NCBI GenBank assembly: GCA_964506795.1
Contig: CAZDMR010000002.1
Location: 77,809 to 141,808 of the forward strand
Source of the DNA: an uncultured Acidobacteriota bacterium
GTDB lineage: Bacteria > Acidobacteriota > UBA6911
Direction: 5' to 3'
Length of the DNA: 64,000 nucleotides
Part shown: one piece after another, positions 13,343 through 23,021 of the stretch
Layout: each line of letters opens with the position of its first letter
Numbering within the stretch: position 1 is the first letter of the stretch
Position numbers and translations under genes: made by a program
The notes under the pieces: generated by a model
The model's input: only the letters and a program-made list of their open reading frames with translations
Database searches by the model: none
Told to the model about the DNA's origin: nothing

Positions 13343-14251
13343 CTATCTCCAGAGGTATTGAAAGCGTACGTGAGATTCCGACGGATCCGGATTCAGTGAT
13401 AACGCGGAAGCGGAATCTCCGATTACGAGGTCTAGAATAGACAGACTCTTCTTCGCGGGGCGGAGGATTTTGGGCTTGCCCTCAATGCCCGCCATCTGGG
13501 CCGCCGCCTCAATGGCATCCTGATGCGTTCCAAGCTGATCAATGAGATGGTTGGCTGCCGCCTCCTGGCCGGTATAAACGCGGCCGTCTGCAAGCTTGCG
13601 GACTAGATCCTCGTCGAGGCGGCGGCTTTTGGCGACGGCGGAGACAAACTGGGAATAGATGTTGTCAATAAGCGCTTGAAAATAGACCTTTTCCTCTTCG
13701 GTCAGCGGGCGGGTTGCGGATCCGGCGTCTTTCATGGAACCGCTTTTTATGATGACGTTTTGCATTTTTGCCCAGCGGAGCAAGTCGCCGTAATTATACC
13801 ACTCCGCAATGACGCCGATGCTCCCTGTGATGCTTCCCGGATTGGCGAAAATTTTGTCCGCGGCGCACGCAACGTAGTATCCGCCCGAAGCGGCTACGGA
13901 GGCCATGCTGACCACGACCTTCTTCTTGGATTCGGCGCGGAATTTTTGGATGGCCTCGTAAATCTCCTGGGAAGCAGCGACGCCGCCTCCGGGGCTATTG
14001 ATGCGGATAACCACCGACCGGACGCCGGATCGGTTGCCGTAGTCCTCGAGTTGCTCTATAAATTCCTTGGAATCGGAAATGACCCCCTCCAACTCCAGGG
14101 AAGCAATCTGGTTTGGGGAGATGGAGATGCGGGAGGACGAATGGTTGGAAAAGAATACAACCAGAGCCAGAGCGCAGAGAACCAGGAAGAAGAGTGCTCC
14201 GCCTCCCACTATAATCCAGGTTAACAAATGGGATCTATTTTGCGGCATCGC
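13343..14251 (-). CDS. sppA: signal peptide peptidase SppA (S49, 36K type); start trimmed to an internal Met to remove overlap with rpsA
   Basis: S49 motifs VVIRINSPGG and ASGGYYVACAADKI; the ORF track extends to 14392 and overlaps rpsA by 116 nt, whereas Met48 (MPQNRSHLLTWIIVGG...) precedes the membrane anchor. Confidence 0.8.
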   Translation of the reverse strand, partial: AMPQNRSHLLTWIIVGGGALFFLVLCALALVVFFSNHSSSRISISPNQIASLELEGVISDSKEFIEQLEDYGNRSGVRSVVIRINSPGGGVAASQEIYEAIQKFRAESKKKVVVSMASVAASGGYYVACAADKIFANPGSITGSIGVIAEWYNYGDLLRWAKMQNVIIKSGSMKDAGSATRPLTEEEKVYFQALIDNIYSQFVSAVAKSRRLDEDLVRKLADGRVYTGQEAAANHLIDQLGTHQDAIEAAAQMAGIEGKPKILRPAKKSLSILDLVIGDSASALSLNPDPSESHVRFQYLWR

Positions 14252-14276
14252 CAATGTGCGTCCTGTTGAAAGCGGC

Positions 14277-16070
14277 CTATTCGTCTTCGGATTTCTTGAA
14301 CCTCTGCAGCTGCTCTCCCAGGCGCTCCCCCATGGAGGCGTTGCCTGAGTCGGCCGAGGCCAAATAGGAAGTGAACTCCAGCCTGGGTTCATCCTCCTTC
14401 ATCGCTTTTAAGCTTAAACCGATTTTTTTCTCATCGAGACTCAGCTTGATGATCTTCATCTCGATTTCTTGCCCGATGTTGAGAAACTCCGTAGGTTTTT
14501 CAACATGCTTTTCATCAAGCTCGGAGACATGGCACAATCCCTCGATTCCCTCTTCCAGCTCCACGAAGGCCCCGAAATTAGTCATGCGGACGACCTTGCC
14601 TCGGACGACGTCTCCCAGGGAGTAACGGCTGAACCAATCCTGCCAGCGATCGGGTTCGAGCTGTTTGATCCCGAGCGAAAGCTTCTGATTGGCCGCATCG
14701 ATGCTCAGGACTACAGCCTTCACCTCGTCGCCCTTCTTTAGAACTTCCGAGGGGTGCTTCATCCGCTTGGTCCACGAAATATCCGACACATGGACGAGGC
14801 CGTCAATGCCGTCTTCTACTTCGATAAATGCGCCGAAGTCGGTGATGTTGCGTACTTTGCCTGTGATAACGGTGCCCGGAGCGTACCGGTTTTCAATCAC
14901 TTCCCAGGGATTGGGCTCGGTCTGCTTGAGGCCGAGCGAAATGCGGCGCGATTCCACGTCTATGTCCAGCACCACGGCTTCTACGGGATCGCCCACGCTG
15001 AGGATTTTGGATGGATGTTTTACCCTTTTGTTCCACGTCATTTCGGAAATGTGGATAAGGCCCTCGACACCCGGTTCCAGCTCCACGAAGGCGCCGTAGT
15101 CGGTGAGGCTGACGACCTTTCCCTGAACGCGCATATTTTTGGGATACTGCGCATCCGCGTGCAGCCAGGGGTCCTCGGTCAGCTGTTTGTATCCGAGAGA
15201 TACTCTGCCGTCTTCCTTGTTGAACTTTATGACCTTCACGGTCAGTTTATCGCCGACCGAGAAAAGCTCGGAGGGATGATTGACGCGCCCCCATGACATA
15301 TCGGTGATATGGAGGAGGCCGTCTACGCCGCCGAGGTCAATGAAGGCTCCGTAGTCGGTGATATTTTTAACCACCCCCTCCATAACTTTGCCGCCCTCGA
15401 GAACCTCCATGGTTTTTGCCTTTTCTTCTTTCATGGATTCTTCGAGCACGGCTTTTCGGGAAAGCACGATATTTCCGCGCTTCTTATTCACCTTAATGAC
15501 GCGCATTTCAAACTCTTCGCCACGGAGGCTGTCGAGATTGCGCACGGGGCGAACATCGATCTGCGATCCCGGGAGGAATGCGCGGACTCCGATATCGACG
15601 GCCAAACCGCCCTTGATGCGCTCAATAACGCGTCCCTTGACGATGCTGCCGTCGCGGTATGCCCGTTCGATTTCGTCCCAAATTTTCATGCGTTCGGCCT
15701 TTTCACGCGAAAGGACGACATGGCCGTTGGAATCTTCGGTCTGCTCCAGGAAGACGTCTACAGAATCTCCCGTCTGCACGGTGACCTGACCGCGGTCGTT
15801 CGTGAATTGCTCGATGGGGATGATTCCCTCGGACTTGAATCCGACATCGACGACAACGCCCCCGCCGGATATGGCGATGACCTTGCCTTTAATTACTTCT
15901 CCCTCGGAAAAACTCTGAGTTCTTCCTTCATAGGCCGCGAGAAGAGTTTCAAAAGATGCATCTTCTTCGCCGGCGGCTCCCTCAGCGGCGGAACGCTCCG
16001 GGCGGGCAGCTTCTTCCGGCCGGGATTCGATTTCTGCTTTGGGATGCTGTTCATTGACGTCCGATGACAT
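14277..16070 (-). CDS. rpsA: 30S ribosomal protein S1 (six S1 domains)
   Basis: 597 aa with six repeated S1 OB-fold units (GxV..I..fGaFV motif repeated), acidic C-terminus. Confidence 0.93.
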   Translation of the reverse strand: MSSDVNEQHPKAEIESRPEEAARPERSAAEGAAGEEDASFETLLAAYEGRTQSFSEGEVIKGKVIAISGGGVVVDVGFKSEGIIPIEQFTNDRGQVTVQTGDSVDVFLEQTEDSNGHVVLSREKAERMKIWDEIERAYRDGSIVKGRVIERIKGGLAVDIGVRAFLPGSQIDVRPVRNLDSLRGEEFEMRVIKVNKKRGNIVLSRKAVLEESMKEEKAKTMEVLEGGKVMEGVVKNITDYGAFIDLGGVDGLLHITDMSWGRVNHPSELFSVGDKLTVKVIKFNKEDGRVSLGYKQLTEDPWLHADAQYPKNMRVQGKVVSLTDYGAFVELEPGVEGLIHISEMTWNKRVKHPSKILSVGDPVEAVVLDIDVESRRISLGLKQTEPNPWEVIENRYAPGTVITGKVRNITDFGAFIEVEDGIDGLVHVSDISWTKRMKHPSEVLKKGDEVKAVVLSIDAANQKLSLGIKQLEPDRWQDWFSRYSLGDVVRGKVVRMTNFGAFVELEEGIEGLCHVSELDEKHVEKPTEFLNIGQEIEMKIIKLSLDEKKIGLSLKAMKEDEPRLEFTSYLASADSGNASMGERLGEQLQRFKKSEDE

Positions 16071-16435
16071 TCATTCCTCCTGAATTAGATCCATGCCCGC
16101 TGCAAGCGGGATCGGGACCGTATTTTTGCAAACTTATAAGTGCTTTTTGTTATGAAAACAGGGATCGGGTTACTCGGGTGTAATGGATTCGTTCGATGAG
16201 GTAGAGCCAAAGGTCCACATCCCTTTATCACTAGAGATATAAGCCTTTATCTATATCGCCTCCAGCAGGTTTTGTCAAGGACACGAATACGTATGGATAA
16301 AATAATTCCGCCGCGGTCTTTGTGTCTGCGATCCGATAAAACCGGGCGCACGCGGGCTTTTATTCCCGCAGGGCGGCATCGGCCGTTGCAGCAGCGGCTT
16401 TCCCGAGGCGCAGGTATGCGCAGCATATTTGGGAT

Positions 16436-16798
16436 TCACTTCGGCACCCAAAGGACCATCCTGGGCTTTTTTCGCATTTCGGCGGCAAGGTCTTCGATGC
16501 GGCCGAATTTCATGCATGCGGCCATGCAATGCTTCACGCAGGGCGGATCGAAACCGTTTCTGGTGAGGTGGGGACACAGGATGCAGGATTCCGTGGGAAA
16601 TGGAAAATAGGTCAGATAGGACCTTCCGTCGGCAAGTTTTTGTTCCACCTCGAATACTTTAATTCCCCGCACTCCGGGCTTGTGCCCGTATTCCTGGGCG
16701 CAAGCCACTTCGCAGGAGTGGCAGCCGGTGCAATACTCGTAGTCGATAAGCAATCCGTATTCGGGCTTTTTCTTGTTCATGTTTTTAGTTCCGCCCAT
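16436..16798 (-). CDS. 4Fe-4S dicluster ferredoxin-type small subunit of the adjacent molybdopterin oxidoreductase; alternative start at 16780
   Basis: CTGCHSCEVAC and CILCPH...CVKHCMAAC cluster motifs; start overlaps or abuts the stop of the upstream large subunit (translational coupling). Confidence 0.7.
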   Translation of the reverse strand: MGGTKNMNKKKPEYGLLIDYEYCTGCHSCEVACAQEYGHKPGVRGIKVFEVEQKLADGRSYLTYFPFPTESCILCPHLTRNGFDPPCVKHCMAACMKFGRIEDLAAEMRKKPRMVLWVPK

Positions 16799-19235
16799 TG
16801 ACTTTGTATACCTTGCATAAGAGGTTCTTGATGGGGGAGCCGAGGCCGTCTTTTCCCTGGGCTCCCATCGGAATAAGCTGATTGATGTTGGATTTAAGCG
16901 CGCCGAACAGGGAGGGCTCCGCGCCGTCTTCCTCGGGGAACCACCATCCGTGAGCAGCCATGACCATTTGCGGCATCACGGCGATGGTCAGTTTAGCTTT
17001 GAACTGCTGTCTGCCCAGCCAGTTTTCAATCCACACCCATTCTCCGTCCTCGATGCCGAGACCGCGGGCTGTATCGGGATGGATTTCAACCGTGGGGAAG
17101 GGATCCAGTTCCCGCAGCCACGGAATCATGCGGTGTTCCGCGTTGAAAAAGGCAAAGGAACGCCGGCCCGTGGACAGGATCAGCGGGTATTCCTTCGCCA
17201 GGTCCGGCCGGCTCACGGCTGTAAAGGGAGGTTCTTCGTAATGGGGAAGCGGTTCCAACCCCCATTCTTCGCGAAGGGAGGAATAAAGCTCGATCTTGCC
17301 TGAAGATGTCTGGAATCCCGGTTGTCCGTCCTTGCGCAACAATCCCTTTTCGTGCCGGCGATAAGGCGCGCTTGGGTTGCCTTCGGGAGGGATCGCCCAT
17401 GTTTTTTGCTGCAATTCTTTGAAGGTCATGCCGGAGTTGGTAAGAATATCGTCGAAAAGCTCTTCTACGGAGCCCCACTTGAGGTTCGGATCGAACCTCT
17501 TGGCGAGTTCAAAATTAATCTCGACGTCGGGCCTGCATCCGTCTACCGAAATGGCTTTGTTGATGGACTGAAGCGGGACCCACCAGCTGCGTACGCTGTT
17601 TTTTTCAAGGAACGTAGCGGCGGGAAGAACGACATCCGCATATTGCGTCGTAGGCGTCATGAAAAGATCCACGGCGGCGACAAAATCCAGTTTTTTGAGC
17701 GCCTCAATCCATTTTTTGGGTTCGAATCCGATGCCTGCGACCAGGTTGCCGGTCTGCATATAGATAGCCTTGATCGGGTAAGGCTTGCCGGTAAAAATTT
17801 GATCGAGAACGGTGTCGGTTTGGGCGCGCCAGATGAATTTTCTAAAAGGTCCGTATTTGTCGATGCTTATCCGCTTTTGATCTAATTCCTTGGAAGCGAG
17901 CTTAATCACTCCCTCCGCTCCGGGCAGCGCATAGGAAACACATTCAAAAGCGTTTCGGGCAATGATGTTTCCTCCCGGTATTTCCAGGTTTCCGGTGATG
18001 CACCAAAGGGCCGTAATCGCTTGAGCCGTCGGCGTGATGCCGGGAGTCGAATCGATGGGCAGCCCCCAGTGAATGGATGCGGGGGAGCTTTGGGCGTAAA
18101 AGCGGGCTGCCGCCCGGATTTCCTTTTTGGGGACCCCGGTGATTTCCTCTACGCGGTCGAGAGGATATTGGCGCACCTGTTCGCAGAAAGCGTCCCACAC
18201 GGTGCGGCACTCGACCCGGCTTCCGTCGGCGAGATCGACGAACGCGTCGCCCTGCAAGGCGGGCCTGGGATTGCCGGACTGGTAGCCGGCTCTTCGGGAA
18301 TCCCAAACGGCGGCGCGTTCAGCGCTCGAATCCCATGCCACAAAATTATCCGGGGAGCCGTCTTTTCTCAGGTGCGACTCACGCAGCAGCGTATGCGTAT
18401 CCTTTCTGATAAGGAAAGGGGCGTTGGTCCATGTTTCGACGAATCCGCGGTCATAGAGGTTTTCTTCGATAATGGTATTTAAAAATCCCATGGCCAGGGC
18501 TCCGTCGGTGCCCGGACGGAGACGCAGCCAGTGTTTCGCTCTGGATGAAAACCAAGTCAGCCTGGGATCTATGGATACGATTTCAGTTCCCCTTTTCATC
18601 AGGTCCACAAACCAGTGGCCGAATATGTTGTCGGGACAGGTGTTCGGGATGTTGTAGCCCCAGACGACGAGGCATTTCGGAATCTTGTATCTCGGATCTT
18701 CGTAGCGGGATTGCAGCCACTGAGATGCGTCCGGAACGCAGTAATCTCCAAGCACCGTTTCCACCGCGGCTATCCTGGGACTGTAGCAGGCATTGCCGCT
18801 CAGCGCGAACATGACGTTCGGGCTGCCGTAGGCGTACGCGAGCATGCAAAGCCAGGGGCTGATGTCCCTGCCTGTCCCCATGCTGAAGACGACGCTTTCC
18901 GCGCCGTATTCTTTTCTGATGCCGCCGAGCTTTTCTTCAATCAGGTCCAATGCTTCGTCCCAGGAAATTTCCTCCCATTTTCCTTCGCCTCTTTTGCCCT
19001 TCCGCTTCAGAGGGCGCGTCAATCGCTGGGGATGGTAAACATATTGAGTCATCGCCAGGCAGCGCGCGCAGAGCCGACCCTGGTTCCAGGGATGATCCGG
19101 GTCGCCTTCGATTTTGACCAGCTTCCCATTTTTAATGTGGGCGAGAACGCCGCAGCTGCCGTGGCAACCGGGCCCCGCCGACCAGGAGGTTGTCCTGATT
19201 ATTTCCGTATCCGATGATCTCGGTTTCACTTTCAT
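16785..19235 (-). CDS. molybdopterin (Mo/W-bisPGD) oxidoreductase catalytic subunit, DMSO-reductase superfamily, cytoplasmic (no Tat signal)
   Basis: 816 aa; N-terminal Cys cluster GCHGSCGV...RLCARC for an FeS site, MopB-type domains throughout; no twin-arginine motif; no in-frame TGA. Confidence 0.85.
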   Translation of the reverse strand: MKVKPRSSDTEIIRTTSWSAGPGCHGSCGVLAHIKNGKLVKIEGDPDHPWNQGRLCARCLAMTQYVYHPQRLTRPLKRKGKRGEGKWEEISWDEALDLIEEKLGGIRKEYGAESVVFSMGTGRDISPWLCMLAYAYGSPNVMFALSGNACYSPRIAAVETVLGDYCVPDASQWLQSRYEDPRYKIPKCLVVWGYNIPNTCPDNIFGHWFVDLMKRGTEIVSIDPRLTWFSSRAKHWLRLRPGTDGALAMGFLNTIIEENLYDRGFVETWTNAPFLIRKDTHTLLRESHLRKDGSPDNFVAWDSSAERAAVWDSRRAGYQSGNPRPALQGDAFVDLADGSRVECRTVWDAFCEQVRQYPLDRVEEITGVPKKEIRAAARFYAQSSPASIHWGLPIDSTPGITPTAQAITALWCITGNLEIPGGNIIARNAFECVSYALPGAEGVIKLASKELDQKRISIDKYGPFRKFIWRAQTDTVLDQIFTGKPYPIKAIYMQTGNLVAGIGFEPKKWIEALKKLDFVAAVDLFMTPTTQYADVVLPAATFLEKNSVRSWWVPLQSINKAISVDGCRPDVEINFELAKRFDPNLKWGSVEELFDDILTNSGMTFKELQQKTWAIPPEGNPSAPYRRHEKGLLRKDGQPGFQTSSGKIELYSSLREEWGLEPLPHYEEPPFTAVSRPDLAKEYPLILSTGRRSFAFFNAEHRMIPWLRELDPFPTVEIHPDTARGLGIEDGEWVWIENWLGRQQFKAKLTIAVMPQMVMAAHGWWFPEEDGAEPSLFGALKSNINQLIPMGAQGKDGLGSPIKNLLCKVYKVNGRN

Positions 19236-19443
19236 TGCCGCCGAACTCCTGTTGTGCAGGTTTTGCAGGGTAAAGCCATGAAAATCCAGTTTCGCCCCGG
19301 GTTCAAACTCATAGGCACAACTTTCTGAATCAAAAGGAGAAAATGGAATTTTCAGTTTTCAACTTCCAAATCGAGATGGTGTCGACAAACAAGTCGGAAA
19401 TCCTGATCCTGCAGCGCCCCGCAGGGACCCTGTCAGGATGGGG

Positions 19444-20079
19444 CTATTTTGCCATAAGCGAACGCGCCGCCGCAACCGCCTCGCTGGCGTTTTCGCCGTA
19501 TCCGTCGGCTCCGATCTCCTCCGAATATTCGCGCGTGATCGGGGCGCCGCCGACGAGGACCTTAACGTGCGTGCGGACATCGGCGCGCGCAAGCGCCTCA
19601 ATGGTTTTTTTCATCTCCGGCATGGTGACGGTAAGGAGAGTGGAGAGAGCCACAATATGCGGCTTTCTGGTCTGAACGGCTTCTATGAATTTTTCCGAAG
19701 AAACGTCGGTGCCGAGATCGATAACCTCAAATCCAGCGCCTTCCAGCATGGAGACGACCAGGTTTTTGCCGATATCGTGCAGGTCCCCCTTGATGGTTCC
19801 GATCACCACGCGGCCCGCCGGTTCGGCGCCTCTTGCGGCAAGCAGGGGGCGCAGGGGCTCCATCGCGGTCTTCATGGCGTGGGCGGCCAGCATGATTTCG
19901 GGAATATAAAATTCCTGGGCCTCGAAGCGCCTTCCGACTTCATCCATCGATGGAATCATCCATTTATGGATGAGCGCCAGCGGATCGACGGCCGCGTCGA
20001 TGGCTTCCATGATAATCTGAAGCGCCAATTGGTCGTCGCCGTCCAGGATCGCGTCGTATAACTGGGAAAAGTCGGACAT
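19444..20079 (-). CDS. cobalamin-binding corrinoid protein (MtbC/MttC/MtaC-like)
   Basis: B12-binding DxHxxG motif GDLHDIGKN in a Rossmann-like C-terminal domain with an N-terminal helical cap domain; 211 aa. Confidence 0.8.
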   Translation of the reverse strand: MSDFSQLYDAILDGDDQLALQIIMEAIDAAVDPLALIHKWMIPSMDEVGRRFEAQEFYIPEIMLAAHAMKTAMEPLRPLLAARGAEPAGRVVIGTIKGDLHDIGKNLVVSMLEGAGFEVIDLGTDVSSEKFIEAVQTRKPHIVALSTLLTVTMPEMKKTIEALARADVRTHVKVLVGGAPITREYSEEIGADGYGENASEAVAAARSLMAK

Positions 20080-20394
20080 AGCGGGATGCCTCGGCCGGGG
20101 GTCTGCGTTTCTCTTAGCGAAAAAATGCAGTCTATCATGTTTGCCCGGGGCAGGCCACGCGGATTCCGGCGAAGAAGATAGGTTCGGCTCGCTTCAAGCG
20201 GTTCCGCGTTTGCTTCGGACAGTCCTTTTTTGGGTTCCGAGAAGGACGATTTTTCTTTCGCCCGCGGGGGCCCATGAAATTGTTGTGTATTTGACAAAGC
20301 CGCACATAATAGTGACTTGTATGATGCCCAAAGGGAGAGGGCACCTTCAGCAGGCCGTGCAAAATGCCCGAATTTGCGCGATAGGATTCCGTAT

Positions 20395-21108
20395 ATGGCA
20401 AGAAACGTCGAGATAAAGGCGCGCATAGAAAGCGCCGGTTTGCTTTTCAAGAAAGCGGCGGCGCTCGCGGACCGCGGCCCGGTCGAGCTCGTCCAGGACG
20501 ATACGTTCTTTGACTGCCGGAAGGGGCGGCTGAATGCGGATACCGCGCTGGGGGAATGCTCGCGCTTTTTCAACCATCCATCGGGCGACCCGTGGAAATC
20601 CATTGTCGCGGCAATGGAGGACCGGCCGCGCAATTTTGCGGCGGAGCACGACGGCCGGAGATTCCCGTCCACGGCTTGCGGATCGAGGCTGAAGCTTCGG
20701 GTGCTTTCGTCCGAGGACGGCGAGCTTATTTTATACCGTCGCCCCGACCATAAAGGGCCGAAAGAATGCTTTTACCTGGTCTTCCGCACAACGGAGCCGG
20801 ACGCTCTTCGAGAATGCCTGAAGGGCGCCCTGGGAGAGGCGGGGCGGGTCCGGAAAAAGAGGACTCTGTTTCTTGCGGGGAGAACTCGCATTCATCTCGA
20901 CCAAGTCGCGGACTTGGGGGATTTTCTCGAACTGGAAGTCGTATTGAGGGACGGAGAATCCGCCGAAAGCGGCGAAGCTGTCGCGCGGGATCTCATGCGC
21001 AAGCTGGATGTCCGCCGGGACCAGCTCATTGAGGGAGCGTACGCGGATTTGCTTGCTTTAAAAAAGGCGGGAGGCGGCGGGGCCTTTGCGCGGGGATTTG
21101 AACAATGA
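20395..21108 (+). CDS. CYTH domain protein (class IV adenylate cyclase / triphosphatase-like)
   Basis: N-terminal EIKARI motif (MARNVEIKARIE) and C-terminal LELEVVL acidic motifs typical of CYTH; start moved to the internal ATG at 20395; 4-nt ATGA overlap with dapF. Confidence 0.65.
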   Translation: MARNVEIKARIESAGLLFKKAAALADRGPVELVQDDTFFDCRKGRLNADTALGECSRFFNHPSGDPWKSIVAAMEDRPRNFAAEHDGRRFPSTACGSRLKLRVLSSEDGELILYRRPDHKGPKECFYLVFRTTEPDALRECLKGALGEAGRVRKKRTLFLAGRTRIHLDQVADLGDFLELEVVLRDGESAESGEAVARDLMRKLDVRRDQLIEGAYADLLALKKAGGGGAFARGFEQ

Positions 21109-21953
21109 AATACGTTAAATACCATGGACTCGGAAATGATTACCTTGTGATACACCCGGCCGACGCCGCCGGGACCCTGGACGCAGGGCGCGTCCGCCGT
21201 ATCTGCGACCGGCATTACGGCATTGGATCCGATGGAATTCTTCTCGGGCCGATGCAGAGCGACGCCTGTGATTTTCGCCTGAGAATCCTGAATCCAGACG
21301 GAAGCGAAGCGGAAAAGAGCGGGAACGGTCTGCGCATATTTGCGCGGTATCTGCGGGACGAGAAGCTGGCGCGGGAGAGCGAATTTAGCGTGGAGACCCT
21401 CGGCGGCGCCGTGGGCTGCCGGGTGCATGACGACGGGAAGGCCGTGACTGTGGAGATGGGAAAGGTTCGGTTTCTCAGCACGGAGATCCCTGTGACGGGG
21501 GAAAAAAGGGAGGTGCTGCGCGAGCGCATGCAAGTGGGCGGAGACACGATGGAATACTGCGCGGCAACGGTCGGGAATCCGCACTGCGTCATCCTTTGCG
21601 ACGACGTTACTCCCGAAATGGCGCGGCGCTACGGACCGATGATTGAGACAGAGCCGCGCTTCCCGAACCGGACCAACGTGCAGTTTATGAAGGTCCTGGA
21701 CCGTCGAAACATTCGGATTGAAATATGGGAGCGTGGAGCCGGCTATACTCTGGCCTCGGGAAGCAGCGGCACGGCGGCGGCGGCGGTTGCCCGGCGGTTG
21801 GGCTTATGCGATGCATCCATTACCGTTCATATGCCCGGCGGGAACCTGGCCGTTGAGATTTCCCCGGAATTTTTCGCCGTGATGACGGGCCCGGTGACGC
21901 GCGTGTGCGCGGGAGTGATCGATCCGGAGATTTTTGAGGATCCGGAGATTTGA
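21105..21953 (+). CDS. dapF: diaminopimelate epimerase
   Basis: MKYVKYHGLGNDYLVI N-terminus, two-domain DapF architecture with catalytic Cys regions (GNPHCVI). Confidence 0.9.
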   Translation: MKYVKYHGLGNDYLVIHPADAAGTLDAGRVRRICDRHYGIGSDGILLGPMQSDACDFRLRILNPDGSEAEKSGNGLRIFARYLRDEKLARESEFSVETLGGAVGCRVHDDGKAVTVEMGKVRFLSTEIPVTGEKREVLRERMQVGGDTMEYCAATVGNPHCVILCDDVTPEMARRYGPMIETEPRFPNRTNVQFMKVLDRRNIRIEIWERGAGYTLASGSSGTAAAAVARRLGLCDASITVHMPGGNLAVEISPEFFAVMTGPVTRVCAGVIDPEIFEDPEI

Positions 21954-22067
21954 AAAACGCGCAGGGAGCAAAGATCGATCGAAGCCGGGAAAGATCGTGA
22001 AAAAAGGAGGCGCCCGGCGGCGAACGTGGTATATAGTCGCAGTTTCATTTTAAAAACGGAGCGATGG

Positions 22068-22907
22068 ATGAACGGCATACCGGTACTGTATGTGGAATCG
22101 GATTGCATTGCGCGGGGCTGGGAACAATCGCTGATCGAACTCAGCCGGAACGGCTGCAGCATTCGCACGGAATACGACAGGGCGGACGATCCCGCGAGCA
22201 AAGATGCCACCATGATTTTGACGATCACGGACCCTCTCAAGGAGCCGATGATTCATAAGGATTTCCCCGGCGGGCCGCTCGAGCTTCAGGAATATGTAAT
22301 GGAAGTGAACGAGGGCATCAAGGATCATTTAATCCGGGATCCGAATGACCCGGAGGATACACGGTGGGAATATACCTATCATCGAAGGCTTTTCTCATAC
22401 GATGCGCCCGGGGCGCGTCCGATCGACCAGATTGAAACCATGTGCCGGAAGCTGGGGGAGGTGCCGCATACCCGGCGCGCTCAGGCGGTGACGTGGAAAG
22501 CCTGGGAAGACAACGACTGCTTCGATCCACCCTGCCTGCAGAGTCTGTGGTGCCGCATTACCGAAGAGGACGGCCGGCGCCTGCTGAGCATGAATGCCCG
22601 CTTTCGATCCAATGACGCCTATAAGGCCGCTTTCATGAACATATTTGCGCTGGTGCAGCTGCAAAGGTCCATGGCTGAGAAGGTTTCCCGGCTGTCGGGA
22701 AAACTTACGGAAGTCGGACGCTACTGCCATATGGCCGACAGCTATCACATTTACGGATCGAATTTCAGGGAGTTTGAGGGGCGGTTTCTCGGGGCTTTGG
22801 AGAAGCGGACGTTCGAGCAGCGCACTATGCGGTATGAAAGCGTGCGCAGGATGATGGAAGCGGCGCGGAGTTCCATCCTGAAGAAGGCGGCGGATATGGG
22901 GCGATGA
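22068..22907 (+). CDS. divergent thymidylate synthase (ThyA) family protein
   Basis: Aligns by eye to ThyA landmarks: IDQI, nucleophile region PPCLQSLW (PCH in ThyA), RSNDAYKAAFMNIFALVQL (RSCDV..PFNIASYALL), HMADSYHIYGSN (GDTHLY.NH); otherwise highly diverged. Confidence 0.6.
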   Translation: MNGIPVLYVESDCIARGWEQSLIELSRNGCSIRTEYDRADDPASKDATMILTITDPLKEPMIHKDFPGGPLELQEYVMEVNEGIKDHLIRDPNDPEDTRWEYTYHRRLFSYDAPGARPIDQIETMCRKLGEVPHTRRAQAVTWKAWEDNDCFDPPCLQSLWCRITEEDGRRLLSMNARFRSNDAYKAAFMNIFALVQLQRSMAEKVSRLSGKLTEVGRYCHMADSYHIYGSNFREFEGRFLGALEKRTFEQRTMRYESVRRMMEAARSSILKKAADMGR

Positions 22908-23021
22908 AGCCGCCGGCGGCAATTTCGCGGCTGCGCCGAAGGACATTGCAACGCAGCGGCGATAGTTGACTATGCCTGAAATAAGATTTAAATTGTCGAA
23001 TTTTGCTATGGAGGGATTCCA

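Noticed and set aside
16785-19235. Selenocysteine-containing formate dehydrogenase interpretation of the molybdopterin oxidoreductase
   Set aside because: The ORF is uninterrupted with no in-frame TGA, and there is no Tat signal. Substrate is left unassigned.
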